This document shows positions 20,501 to 27,458 of a stretch of 41,358 nt of DNA, one piece after another. The notes below the pieces were generated by a model that was not told the DNA's origin, ran no database searches, and was given only the letters and a program-made list of their open reading frames with translations. The DNA is taken from the NCBI GenBank assembly GCA_038208765.1, contig JBBQYK010000003.1:1-41358 (forward strand). The letters run 5' to 3'. The DNA is from Verrucomicrobiota bacterium. GTDB taxonomy: Bacteria; Verrucomicrobiota; Verrucomicrobiia; Limisphaerales; SIBH01. The position numbers and the translations under genes were made by a program. Numbering within the stretch: position 1 is the first letter of the stretch; every line of letters begins with the position of its first letter.

Positions 20501-22489
20501 CGTCGTGTTCTCCGGGATGAAATTCACGGTGAGTGCCTGCGCGTTGCCCGCGTTCAACACCGTCCCCGCCGGCGGGACGAACTCGAACGAGCCGGAGGCG
20601 TTGACCGTGGCGTTGAGTTGCGCAGCGGAAAGCGCGGTGCCGTGGACGATGGGCGCGGGGTTGGACCAGTTGATAGTCGGCGTCGCTGGAGTCACGGTGA
20701 TGGTCACGCTCTGCGTGGCGACGGTGAAGCTCGCGAGATCGTTCGGCGTGAAGACGACGGTGAGCAGTTGTGCCGGGCCCGCGTCGAGGATGGTTCCCGC
20801 TGCAGGTGAGTAGGCGAAAGTTCCCGCCGCGTTCGCGCTCGCGCTCAACTGCGCCGCGCCGAGCGGCGTGCCGTAAGTGATGCTCGCGGGATTCGCCCAG
20901 GCCAGCGCCGTGCCGAGCGCGCGCTGCCAGAGCGGGCCGACAACATTCGCGGCGAGCGGCGGATACGCGTGTGCAGATAAAGAGAATTGATCCGCGCCGA
21001 TGTCCTTCAAAGCCGGACGCGCGTCGCCTTCCACGTCCTGCGTCACGTAAGCGTACAGGCCCGCCGCCGCGCCGAGCGCGGGGCTGTTCGTGGCCGGACG
21101 CCAGAGCGCGTCCACGAGATTCGTCGCGAGCAGCGGATCCATGCGCAACGTGCCGCTGTTCGTCGGAATACCGAGCGTGGTGCCGAAGAGAATGTTGCTC
21201 TCCCACGAAATGATTTCCGGCCCTGCTGTCGCGACGCGCAAATCCACGAGGCGTCCCGCCGTCTGCCGCGCGAGGTTGTTGGCGATGACCGAATCCACGA
21301 CCGGCAGCGTGGTGGCCGAACTGCCGAGCGTGCCGGCGAGATTGATGACGAGGGAGTTCGTGCAGTGGACAAAGGTGTTGAACGCCACGGTCGCGCGCTT
21401 CACTTGCAAATAGCCATTGGGCGGGCTGTCCACGAGGCCCTGCATCAGCGAGAGCGGCGCGCGTGTGCCGGTGCCGGTCAGTTCGTGGAAATAGTTGTTC
21501 ACGATGAGATGATCCTCGCCGATGACGCGGACGCCGCCGGTGAGCGCACGGCGGCTGCCGAAGAAGTAATTGCCCTCGACGACGCTGCCGTTGCCGTGGC
21601 GCAAGGTCAGCGCGCCCTCGCACTCAATGAAGGTGTTGCGGCGGAAAAAGTTCCCGCACGACTTGCTGGAGATGAATTCCGCGTCGCCGTTGCATTGCGT
21701 GAACAGGTTGTCCTCGACGATGGTGCGCGACTGGTTCAGCGACTCGTCCGATGTGCCGACGCGAATGGTCTCGCCCCCGTTCGACGCGGCCGTGAGCACG
21801 GGGCGCGGGCCGAAATGATTGCGCGCGATGACGTGATGGTTCGGCGCGTTCGACGCCGCACTGACCCAGACCACGAGCGTCGCACCGATGTTGGCCTTGC
21901 CTTTGAGATAGCAGTTCTCGACGCGATTGCTCAGGCCGTAGAGGGAGACCCACTTGGTGTCGTTCGTGAGATTCGGCGGGTTGTAGTCAACGATGGCGCA
22001 GTTCGTGAGCCGCGAGTGATTCGCGAACGTCGTGGTGTTCTCGCGGAAGGCGATCACATCACCGCTGGTGCGATGGCCGTTGGTGAACGTGAGTCCGTCC
22101 ACGACGAGATAATTTCCCGACAGCCGCAGACGCGACTGGCCGGTGAGATGCACGCGTCCGAGCGTGGCCGCGCGCAGCGTGATCGGCTGCGCTGCGGTCC
22201 CGTTCGCGGAGAACAGAACGTCCGCGTTGGCCCACACGCCGTCGTCCATGACGATGGTGTCGCCAGGATGCGCCAGCGCTGCCGCCGAGGAAATTTCCGC
22301 CACCGTGGAAACAGGAAACTGCGCGGCGTGGGTTGCGGTAGTGAGCGTCAGCAGAAGCAGGACGAGCGGAGCGGCGGACAGCCATGTCCGCCGTTCGTGT
22401 TTCAAGATCCCGGACAAACTTTCCCGGCGCTTTTGCACTGCGGACAAGGCTGTCCGCTGCTCCTTCATTTTTTGAGTGCGATTCATCAT
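8588..22489 (-). CDS. Giant secreted multidomain protein (~4,630 aa): PL6 polysaccharide lyase (chondroitinase B/alginate lyase fold), 4 MBG-like repeats, degenerate metallopeptidase, PKD-like, 5 BACON, cohesin-like, 11 Trp-rich modules, 13 Ig, RFYK C-terminal domain
   Basis: The ORF track gives 8588..22636, but that start overlaps the upstream gene. ATG 22489/22486/22468 are more likely, ahead of a signal peptide (…LLLLTLTTATHA/AQ). PL6 motifs NGGETIRVGTS, EFISSKS (Lys 21662-21664) and LTLRHG (Arg 21599-21601). Domain counts were made by eye from the translation. Confidence 0.85.
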   Translation of the reverse strand: MMNRTQKMKEQRTALSAVQKRRESLSGILKHERRTWLSAAPLVLLLLTLTTATHAAQFPVSTVAEISSAAALAHPGDTIVMDDGVWANADVLFSANGTAAQPITLRAATLGRVHLTGQSRLRLSGNYLVVDGLTFTNGHRTSGDVIAFRENTTTFANHSRLTNCAIVDYNPPNLTNDTKWVSLYGLSNRVENCYLKGKANIGATLVVWVSAASNAPNHHVIARNHFGPRPVLTAASNGGETIRVGTSDESLNQSRTIVEDNLFTQCNGDAEFISSKSCGNFFRRNTFIECEGALTLRHGNGSVVEGNYFFGSRRALTGGVRVIGEDHLIVNNYFHELTGTGTRAPLSLMQGLVDSPPNGYLQVKRATVAFNTFVHCTNSLVINLAGTLGSSATTLPVVDSVIANNLARQTAGRLVDLRVATAGPEIISWESNILFGTTLGIPTNSGTLRMDPLLATNLVDALWRPATNSPALGAAAGLYAYVTQDVEGDARPALKDIGADQFSLSAHAYPPLAANVVGPLWQRALGTALAWANPASITYGTPLGAAQLSASANAAGTFAYSPAAGTILDAGPAQLLTVVFTPNDLASFTVATQSVTITVTPATPTINWSNPAPIVHGTALSAAQLNATVNASGSFEFVPPAGTVLNAGNAQALTVNFIPENTTNFLPASRTVFIGVTRAAPVVTWPAPAPIEQGTLLSDLQLNATANVPGTFNYVPPANTVFSAHPARPLVVTFTPDDAANYQSVTRTNFLNVQLGGKTVPFLTWPAPAPVLSGSPLGALQLNATANVPGAFAYTPPAGTVLPVGNAQPLSVIFTPTDGATYATLTNQVLIDVGALSSNALVRVAYLVPQNRTGQARAVASLQQLLVRYQQWFADQMEVNGFGRKTFIFETEPDGVTPFIHVLQLPATDSFLRADIYGGRVVDAVRAAGLPVGAAGQMWWLIPETHVEQPDGAISGGFGFGHYETTAGTAGGWALSGSDRLALYPASFHTNAAYYDGLTLPDLGPFPLVQDVSFPWFEGETFSGISSSALGLGLRSFGEAFGLNLDFRNDENFNGNVMGFGFRGLRGMFYPKIYPYNSCGLSYASALALDVNPFFNMGRPVTDTVAPQVEIQTSGERAPFNGLLQIDFLATDNLALHAALLTWETDEGFVMADEFPLTGTGVQTSFSIPYFNAERTNRYRLTVFDRQGLRHTAETTIYPLPTFNRSPQPFISALPIVAGLGQDIVFNGAATFDPEFSQNLLEIEWDLDGDGHYDTVPTTELVMTNNYYTLGSRIVRARVTDPAGASAVSAPIAVNVTICLTALSPLTRFHGFAGSAGTVEVTVGPKCEWTVVNTNDWVVITSGASGSGPGGVNYLVLPNPDFAGRNGYLSIGDNVFLVRQHPLDCNYSLSPTSRFHGFGTGSNSFKVTAKADCAWQVINTNSWITITAGASGVATGNVFYALADNRVTGKRVGHLTVLGEVYTVTQWGTNCDVTLSATARTHSESSEFGTVNVTTAGGCAWQVVNTNDWIFLTTLDRGTNSGSFTYLVGENPTFLPRAGHLTVGSQVLAISQASCSYAITPSGRVHTFIAQTGTVTVSAGAVCAWSVSNTNSWITILPPVVGFGSQELKYDLAANPTSHPRTAVFNVAGLVFTVEQAGKPCLYTLVLDEAAFPYTGGTGSVTLRAEPSCFWSVADLPPWISLISGGSGEATGTVTYVVSPNDGAARTTTFTVGGQDYSVSQASAVRDIIVPPFGVSSGQTSCLAITIDAKGGENSVAFTVCYDTNLLAFTSASLQSNAVANATLSISNQQASQGRIGFTIRLPAGQSMTPGFAPQLRACFRALNVFGRPVTTLAMCDTPVARRLNDTLGAALPASFHDGLVNILGLCSLAESLDNTNVSFISSGSGWTCQTSVTHDGVDAAVTGVTPHSGEALLETTVTGPGTLSFWWKVSSQPESDRLRFYLDDTEQLRISGEVDWEFRTFNLTAGEHDLRWRYSKNSSVVGGSDRAWIDEIIFTPLPPAITSQPASRQADEGTVVTFTVAASGQGPISYQWLFNGLALNNDGDLRGARSATLSLSNVQPAQAGDYSVVVANPGGNLLSASATLTVTPAVPLGEALDAPQLTWISAAPAWIGQPVITLDGFDAARSGNITHGQTTSFETTVQGPGTISFWWKVSCETNNDRVAFFVNGAERVRISGEVEWNQRTVALPNGAQTLRWSYTKSTSVSAGADRAWVDRVEFAPLPVSITAQPLAQIVDEGATAFFSVTAGGAPPFSYQWQLNGTNLIESATVLGVTGATLTLSNVSLAQGGDYSVLVNNLAGSVASASALLQINTLVPLADALDAPGFAWTVSGTPPWIGQTAVSRDGSDAARSGRIGDGQTTSFRTTVVGPGVVSFWWKVSSEANDRLRLYLNGSQQEFISGEIDWTWRSFTVGSGNQILEWRYVKSSSFAAGQDRGWVDQFVFVPNATPTAPMIAIQPTNRTAVATAGTVFTASAAGSTPLGWQWFFNGEPLTNGNGVSGATTTNLTLASTSDARAGDYFAVVTNPAGSATSTVATLTVITSPIIITEPLSQNAAQGSTVNFFVSALGTPSLSYQWRRDGTNLLNAGNISGVTATNLRLTAVTAAQAGEYSVLVSNAFGSVTSVLATLVISAPPSIGSHPASQTGLAGGSATFSVNASGSAPLTYQWRFNGINLTDGGGISGATSPTLVRANLQPAAAGVYSVVIVNAVGSAVSSNATFSVLSPPSIVVQPTAQSVPQGVTVVLTVGVTGTFPLSYQWQRDGSNVVNGSGLVGANTTALSFSNAQPEQSGFYSVVVSNVAGVAVSSNAFVEIIPPLTLAESVNAPYLQWLTSPNGAWFVQTNISHDGEAAAQSGFIGHTNETSMETTVTGPGTIRFWWKVSSQTNADTLKFFVGNAEWAQISGDEDWQKLSFNLPAGAIPLRWTYAKNSNVLAGLDRAWLDELDFIPNNAPSVPVILTHPVGQDVAPGATVSLNVEALGTAPLIYQWRFEGQNISDGGNILGANSSTLRLFNVTVPQSGLYDVVVRNSYSVANSEPVLVNVATTVPLNVALDTDHTNLFWRTGGFSPWVGQTVTSLDQLDAAQSSALNHGRSNWIQTTIDGGPLAIAFWWKVSSQTNADRLRFLIDGVEASNISGEVGWQRRSFALTNLSAVLRWEYNKNASGSAGLDRAWVDKIEFLHIAPFITNSAPDTNIVDQGTTVRFKVAASGTQPFQYQWRRGTTNLLPSVNVIGATTGSKLILSNAQPNQTGFYSCQVGNESGIDISDNMYLRVNAAAPIGPAVNANHLVWETGGFSWFVGTTDDSHNDNQSVRNGYVDDGYSTWMRTTVVGPGTLRYWWRASTQPNADFLRFLMNGVMQVQVSGNVSWQERIIAIPPGPTVVQWEYAKDFALTNGSDRVWVDDVNFTPAPPSFVVQPVSQDAEAGSTVTFTPLVTGGIGLNYRWRFNGLPLVDGPNISGATNMILRITGMSSNRAGTYSLLVTNLGGTATSSNTVLAFTPVLPLAQSLDTTNYTWSTGTPAWIGQPITKHDGVDAARSPTLNDNQSGSLQTTITGPGTITFWWKSSSELDGDALILYVNNAEQARISGETDWQQRAIFIGEGNQVVKFTYQKNAAGKAGQDRGWVDEFAFTPLHPSIVTHPVGQNVEAGTHVTFTGAAIGTPRLDYYWQRNGVNLTNGPEISGATSPTLVLSNVQPSQSGTYALLVVNDASAVTSDGALLSVTPLVPLATALDGAGLNWATNTSSPWVGQQVVSHDGTDAARSGTNANNGSNMVQTVIIGPGGLGFWWKVSSEPVHDKLIFTINGVEQARISGEQDWQQQSFTLSSGSQTCRWVYLKNATGSAGQDRAWLDEVFFGPQPPSIVVPPADQNVDVGATTSFRVTPGGTPPFTYQWLYNGTLLANGGGVSGATSSNLTLTGVQLANAGSYRVIVNNAVGTVPSAHASLAVFTNVTLALALDTTNLNWTTNGANTWIGNGAITHDGVDAARSPVLAHSASAWFQTTVTGLNTVSFWWKVSSEPANDRLRFLIDGNEQAAISGAVDWQLRAFHIAAGTHTLRWEYLKNGSVTGGVDRAWVDEVVLGPLAPVITAQPTDRVVSAGASASFNATAVGSATLTYRWRFNGLPLADGGGISGSGTPTLTVANAQLDRVGNYSLLVSNTLGTAISANASLALVQPVSIPVALDNTALTFTLGGTAPAWTGQQGESSDGEDAAVTGVMTDATYTFIKANVTGPGTLTFWWKTSTQEGSDYLRFMLDAADQVRISGEVDWQQVSFQVPSGAHELQWRYSRSPSGVGGQDRAWLDRVTYGTGGPVAGTPPTILIQPGSQTVDEGETVDFTVAAGGTPPLSYRWLFNETNRLSDGGNIGGATTDDLTIFNVLDTQRGDYSVIVSNAAGSITSLVARLTVNDVLSLAEAVDQPTWDFLTDGHSLWEGHTVVTHDGFDSARSGLVGDGQSSTLQTIVDGPGALHFWWRVSSETNADVLVFAVNGQTEALISGESDWQEVLFPLSAGPQFVDWTYFKNATGRAGTDRGWLDQITFTPDSGSTAKPEPVATGAITPRLTILENTVRLEWTAQTHKSYEVYYKDDLADETWTRLDGEVLAKWSEVGGKVRSDVYHATVEDLPAGRTRFYKILEY

Positions 22490-22505
22490 GGCGTGGGTGG
22501 CAAAA

Positions 22506-24458
22506 TCAGTTGTCGAACGTAATCTGCCAGTCCACGACGGCCGTGGTGATCGCAGTGTCAGAAATGGTGATGTAACCCTGCGCGTCGGCGACGTATTCGA
22601 ACTCCACGGCGTTCCGCAGGAGGAGGTATTCCACACCCGGTGTGAGGTCGCCGATCTTGTAAGTGATGCGCCGCGTGGCCGCGCTGGCCTGGGTGAGCCA
22701 GCGCTTGGGCAGATTGCCCGCGATGTTCCAGACCATCATCGTGACTTTGGCCGTGCCGGCGTCCGGCGTCACTTGCAGGTTGCGCGTCTGCACATACGAC
22801 GCCTTGGCAATTTGCGCCGTCGCCAGCGTGAGCGTGGAGCCGCCGCTCGGTCGCGTCGTGGTGGCGAGGCCGGACTCTTCGGGATCGAAGATGCGGTTGC
22901 CTGCGTCATCGAAGGTCATGGTGCTGAACGCATCGAGCGCGATGGCCAGCCCCGGCTGGTTGCGCGCGAACGTGGAGGCGAGAATTTCCGCCGTGCCCTG
23001 CGTGCGCACCTCGACCTCGCGCGGAATGGCGTTGCTCTCGAAACGGTTGCGTTTGCCGTTCACCAAAACCAAATCGCCCGCGTTGCCTTCAAAAATATTG
23101 CCCGCGAACAAGTTGTCATCCGACGTGGTGAGCAGCAGGCCGACGTTGCCGTTGTGATGAACATGGTTCTTCACGAAACGGTTGCGCTTGGGATGGCCGT
23201 CCTCGCCGGGGAACGGCAGGTCGCCGCCCTTGTAGAGATAGATGCCGTAGTTCGCGCCGTGCCCGAACTCGTTGTTCTCGATCAGGTTGTCCGCCGGGCC
23301 GACGGAGAGGCGGATGCCGGAGTTGAAATTCCCGATGCAGACGTTGCCGCGCACGATGGTGGTGTTGTTGTCGAAGAGCGCGATGCCCGAGTCGCCGTTG
23401 TGGAACGAGCGGTTGTTCTCGATGATCGAGTCGTTGCAGTAACGGTGGAGCATGATGCCGTTCTTGCCGTTGTTCCACGTGGTGTTGTTGCGGATGATGA
23501 TGTTGTTGCAACGCTGCGAGGCGATGATGCCGTGCCAGCCGTTGTGATGGACGTTGTTGTTCTCGACCACGAGATAGTCCGAGTCGTCGTGCGGGTCGAA
23601 GCCGTAGCCGATGTTATGATCCATCTCGTTGTCCGCGAGCCGCTGGGCGAAGGAGCCGTAGGAATAGTGGCCGAAGTAGTTGTGATGCACGCGGCTGTTC
23701 AGGATGTCGCCGTACACTTCCACAAAATTGTAGAGGTTCTTCACGTCGCCGTAGGGCCGGTTGGTGTTCTCGATCACCTTCCACGTCAGCCCGTAGGCTT
23801 CGGCGTCGTGCGAGCCAAGGTAGCCCACGTCGCTGTCAATCACGTCCATGCGCGATTCGAGCGGCGTGCCATTGGCGGAGAGGTTGGAGCGCACGCGGAT
23901 GAACGCGCGGCGCAGCGCGCCCGACTCGGTGTCGGGACCGTTCACCGCGTCATCCCAGGAAGTGATCTTCGTGCTGCGGATGTCGATGCTGCCCCAGTCG
24001 GCCGTGACGTGGACGAAGGCGTTGGGCAAACCGTCGTTGTTGCTTTGCAGACGCAGTTCGTTGCAGTCGCCGCCGATCTTCGTGCCGTGCAACACGAGGC
24101 GCGCGCCGTTTTCCATCACGAGATTCGCGCGCAAGTGCCAAACGCCGGGCGTGACCTGCGTGACGAGCGCGTTCGGCATTCCCGCCTTGAGATCACTGAG
24201 CGTCGCCGAGCCGGGGCCGGTGATGTAGATGCGATACGAACCCGCCGACCAGCGGAAGGTGACGCCGAACGCGGGCGCAAGTGAAACGCAGAAAATGAGC
24301 ACGGCCAGCAGCCGCCCGGAGAGAGTTCGCCGAAATGTACCGCGCCCGCCACGTGACTGTAACGACGCGCCGCTGCGCGGGCGTGGAGCCGCCGTTGATT
24401 CGCAATCGATGACCGTCCGCCGTGCGCAAGGCACGGCACCTAGAGTTTTTTGCTGCAT
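22506..24458 (-). CDS. Right-handed parallel beta-helix protein, AlgG-like mannuronan C5-epimerase candidate
   Basis: 650 aa with PbH1/NosD-like Asn-ladder repeats. YGFDPHDDS…HGIIAS (from ~23609 downward) resembles the DPHD/DPHE active-site motif of AlgG/AlgE. Hydrophobic signal-like segment at residues ~45-64; exact start uncertain. Confidence 0.7.
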   Translation of the reverse strand: MQQKTLGAVPCARRTVIDCESTAAPRPRSGASLQSRGGRGTFRRTLSGRLLAVLIFCVSLAPAFGVTFRWSAGSYRIYITGPGSATLSDLKAGMPNALVTQVTPGVWHLRANLVMENGARLVLHGTKIGGDCNELRLQSNNDGLPNAFVHVTADWGSIDIRSTKITSWDDAVNGPDTESGALRRAFIRVRSNLSANGTPLESRMDVIDSDVGYLGSHDAEAYGLTWKVIENTNRPYGDVKNLYNFVEVYGDILNSRVHHNYFGHYSYGSFAQRLADNEMDHNIGYGFDPHDDSDYLVVENNNVHHNGWHGIIASQRCNNIIIRNNTTWNNGKNGIMLHRYCNDSIIENNRSFHNGDSGIALFDNNTTIVRGNVCIGNFNSGIRLSVGPADNLIENNEFGHGANYGIYLYKGGDLPFPGEDGHPKRNRFVKNHVHHNGNVGLLLTTSDDNLFAGNIFEGNAGDLVLVNGKRNRFESNAIPREVEVRTQGTAEILASTFARNQPGLAIALDAFSTMTFDDAGNRIFDPEESGLATTTRPSGGSTLTLATAQIAKASYVQTRNLQVTPDAGTAKVTMMVWNIAGNLPKRWLTQASAATRRITYKIGDLTPGVEYLLLRNAVEFEYVADAQGYITISDTAITTAVVDWQITFDN

Positions 24459-24753
24459 GACCTTCTGATCCCAATGATGCCCGGAGAAGTGTGTTCGATT
24501 CGCGTACGCGTACAGGCGAGGAAGCGCTCACCTCACGTGTTTCTGTCACCGACGAATTCAGCCCCGGTCGTAGATTGACCAGAACCACTGCCTCTCCAGC
24601 ATCGACAGTGATTTAAGCAGGGCCGGACGGACGACAGCAATTGCCTGAAACACGGAGGCAGGGAGAGTGGTAACACCCAGCCGATGAATGCGGATTGCGC
24701 TCAATCATCACTACGCAGTTCACCGTAGCCGCCCAGTCTGCGGCGAGAGTCAG

Positions 24754-24855
24754 AAAAGCGGGGCTGAAGCGACCGCACTCCAAACGGTGACGCGCAGCAC
24801 CCTCCGCCTTGTCACTCGCGGAGCGTTGGGAGTGCGGCACTTCCGCGACGCTTTT
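24754..24855. repeat. Inverted REP-like pair (GGAGTGCG…CGCTTTT family) overlapping the hydrolase 3' end
   Basis: AAAAGCGGGGCTGAAGCGACCGCACTCCAAACG (24754-24786) is the imperfect reverse complement of CGTTGGGAGTGCGGCACTTCCGCGACGCTTTT (24824-24855). A related copy lies at 40624-40720. Confidence 0.7.
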
Positions 24856-27223
24856 CCACAGCCGGCCACTGCAAATGCTTCTCCAAAAAACGGAACGTCC
24901 CCAAGCCATTGATCGTATGCGGCCCGTTGAAGAACTCGATCTCCGTGCGGTCGCCGATTCCCAGCTTCTCATACATCCGGCGCACCTTCGCGTATTCGTA
25001 GGCGACCCATTCGTCGGGAGCCACGCCATCATCGTGGCCGCGCTCGACCATGAAGGGACGCGGCGCGATCAGGCTGGCCATCTCCGCATAGTTGAACGTG
25101 TGGCCGAGGTTCCATTCCGGCATCTCGTATTCGCCGGTGAACAGGTAACTGTACGGCGACTCGGTGGTGACGTTCTTCTGAATCCACTCGTTAAAATCCG
25201 CCGAGCAAATCGAGAGACAGTAACGCTCCACCACCGCCGGCACGCGCATCGCCGTCTTGCCGCCGTAGCTGAGGCCGTAGAACGCGATGCGCTGCGGATC
25301 AACGAACGGCAGCGAGGCCAGCCAGTCCGTCGTGACCTCATGCTGTGCGATGATGAAGGAGAACAGCGACAGCCCGAGCGGATTCGCCTTGCGTTGCAAC
25401 ACGCGGAACTTGTCCTGGCCGCGATACGGATTGTGCGGCGCATAGACGATGAAGCCGCGCTCGGCCAGTCGCGCGGTGAAGGCTTGGTAAGAACCGTAGG
25501 CGCGTGAGTTCGTGTCCTCTATGATTGTGTCCTCGGGCAAGCCTTCCAATCCATGCTGACACACGACCACGGGACGTCGCTCGCCCGGCTTCAGATCTTT
25601 CGGCACCAGCAAGGTGCCCCACGCGAAAACATCCGGCACCACGTCGAGCAGCACTTCGTAGCCGGTCCACTTTGGTTGGTCATAAATCTTTCGCGTGCGC
25701 GGATTCGGCGGGAGCTTCGGTGCGTCGAGTTTGCCAATGACGTTGCGCCAGAAGAACTCGCGGTTCCGTTTGGCGTCGTCGAGAAAGTCGTTGGTTCGGC
25801 TCAAAGTTTTCCAGACGCGCTCGTGGCGCACCGCTTCCGAGCGACGGAAAATGTTCTGCGTGAAGTTCTCCAGCTCGCGCACCGTCCGCGCCTGCCGGTT
25901 CGTGATGGCGGCCAGCGAGACGGCGGTGAGTTCACGGTTCGTGTTGTCGAAGACGACGGCGTTCGTGACGCGCGCCTTGGTCGCGAGCAGCGAGAGCGCC
26001 TTGCGTGAGCCGAATTTCACCGCGCTGCCCTCGCTGCCATAGACCAGTTCCACGAACGGTGCACCGCGCAGCTTGGCTGTGAGTTGATTCGCCCGATCCA
26101 CTTCACCCTCCACGTCGCCAAAACCCGGCGTGCTGATGATTCCGGGGGCTGCACCGCCGCGCCCCGGTTGCGCGGCGGGCGGGCCGCTGATCTGCGGCGG
26201 CTTGCTGTATTCCACGAGGAGCGGGCGCGGTGCGATGAGTGCGGCCAGTTCGGCATCGCCGAACTCGCGCACGAACCCGGACATGTTCCGGTAAATCGGT
26301 TCGCGCCAGAGTTGTTCGCGCGGGCCGAAATAACCGCTGACCAGCGCCGCGTCGAACTGCGTGTCGAGCGCCGCCGCGTGCAGCGCGATCAATCCGCCCT
26401 CGCCATAACCCGCCACGACCACCCGCTGTTCCGCCGCCGTGGACATCGTGGCCAATACCGCGTCGCGTCCCGCGATGACCTTCCGCACTTCGTAGCCGAT
26501 GATGTGCCGGCCCATCTCGTAAGCCTGCCGGTAAATCCATTCGCGATGCGGCTGGTTGGTGAACTTCTTCAGCCGCACGTTTCCGGAGAAAGCATCGTCG
26601 CGACTGACGAGCGCGGGCACGAGCACACGCCAGCCGGTCTCAACGAGATGCCGCGCGAACTGCGATTCCGGCGGCAGCCCGAAACGCAGTCCCGCGATCA
26701 ACTCCGGTGCCTGATCCGCGTCGGGAATCGCGACCGCGAGTGGCGTGGCCGAAAGCGGCGGATGTCCCTCTGCGCCGAGCGGTTCCAGCAAGATACCTTC
26801 ACCAAACACGCCCTCGAACACCGGCCAGCGCACGCGCCACGCGACGAATCCATGCGGGCCGCTCGAACGAAAAATTTCCCCACCCCGTCCCGGACCCCGC
26901 GCGGTGTCGCCAATGAATTCGAGACCGCCGCCCACCGGACGATCCACGTCCCCGATCATTTCGCTGAGTTGCCGCCGCTTCGTGTTCAGAAAATCATCCC
27001 GCGACTCCTGGCTCGCCATCGCCTCCGCCCAAAGCACCATTCGGTTGCTCGCCACGCGCTCCGTCTCGCGCATCAACCAGCGGTCGATCCCTTCGACCAT
27101 CTGTGCCGAGAGATCGCCGGCGGCGGTGAGCGGCGCTGTTTGGGGCAGTGTTGCCGCCGGCTGGGCCTGGCCGATGAATGCGAGGACGACGAGCGCCACT
27201 CCGAAAAAGATTCTTGCGCACAT
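24812..27223 (-). CDS. Secreted tandem alpha/beta-hydrolase (dienelactone hydrolase-like) protein
   Basis: Likely ATG at 27223 (MCARIFFGVALVVLAFIGQA signal peptide). Two hydrolase-like halves. The C-half has the GLSYGG nucleophile elbow, ERGHDDGV and GPH. The N-half has GYGEGG at the equivalent position. Confidence 0.8.
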   Translation of the reverse strand: MCARIFFGVALVVLAFIGQAQPAATLPQTAPLTAAGDLSAQMVEGIDRWLMRETERVASNRMVLWAEAMASQESRDDFLNTKRRQLSEMIGDVDRPVGGGLEFIGDTARGPGRGGEIFRSSGPHGFVAWRVRWPVFEGVFGEGILLEPLGAEGHPPLSATPLAVAIPDADQAPELIAGLRFGLPPESQFARHLVETGWRVLVPALVSRDDAFSGNVRLKKFTNQPHREWIYRQAYEMGRHIIGYEVRKVIAGRDAVLATMSTAAEQRVVVAGYGEGGLIALHAAALDTQFDAALVSGYFGPREQLWREPIYRNMSGFVREFGDAELAALIAPRPLLVEYSKPPQISGPPAAQPGRGGAAPGIISTPGFGDVEGEVDRANQLTAKLRGAPFVELVYGSEGSAVKFGSRKALSLLATKARVTNAVVFDNTNRELTAVSLAAITNRQARTVRELENFTQNIFRRSEAVRHERVWKTLSRTNDFLDDAKRNREFFWRNVIGKLDAPKLPPNPRTRKIYDQPKWTGYEVLLDVVPDVFAWGTLLVPKDLKPGERRPVVVCQHGLEGLPEDTIIEDTNSRAYGSYQAFTARLAERGFIVYAPHNPYRGQDKFRVLQRKANPLGLSLFSFIIAQHEVTTDWLASLPFVDPQRIAFYGLSYGGKTAMRVPAVVERYCLSICSADFNEWIQKNVTTESPYSYLFTGEYEMPEWNLGHTFNYAEMASLIAPRPFMVERGHDDGVAPDEWVAYEYAKVRRMYEKLGIGDRTEIEFFNGPHTINGLGTFRFLEKHLQWPAVEKRRGSAALPTLRE

Positions 27224-27306
27224 GGCTGGTGAGAATCGCCCCACGCTCCGCAAGACGGCAAGCCTGCTATCCCAAGGGGGTGTGATTGGAAGTGGTCGTC
27301 AACCGC

Positions 27307-27423
27307 GCAGGAGCGCGGGCGTCTCGCCCGCCGGATCGCGCGGAAAGTTTGCCGTCGCCCCACGCGGTCAGGGCGCCACGGCACCTGGTTCCATTCGGGC
27401 GGGCGGGACGCCCGCGCTCCTGC
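27307..27423. repeat. REP-like 26-bp inverted repeat pair
   Basis: GCAGGAGCGCGGGCGTCTCGCCCGCC (27307-27332) vs GGCGGGCGGGACGCCCGCGCTCCTGC (27398-27423): one mismatch, 65-nt spacer, and each arm is itself palindromic. Confidence 0.8.
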
Positions 27424-27458
27424 CCGCCACTGCCAATTCTCCCCATCGCGGTGATGAG

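Noticed and set aside
22490-22636. Extended N-terminus of the giant ORF (track start 22636)
   Set aside because: It overlaps the upstream gene by ~130 nt and puts the signal peptide too far inside; ATG 22489-22468 is more plausible.
24459-24750. Possible structured leader or ops-like antitermination site upstream of the 18-kb operon (ACCACTGCCTCTCC partly complementary to GGAGGCAGGGAGAGTGGT)
   Set aside because: The complementarity is short and could be chance at this GC content. No canonical ops (GGCGGTAG) was found in the right orientation.
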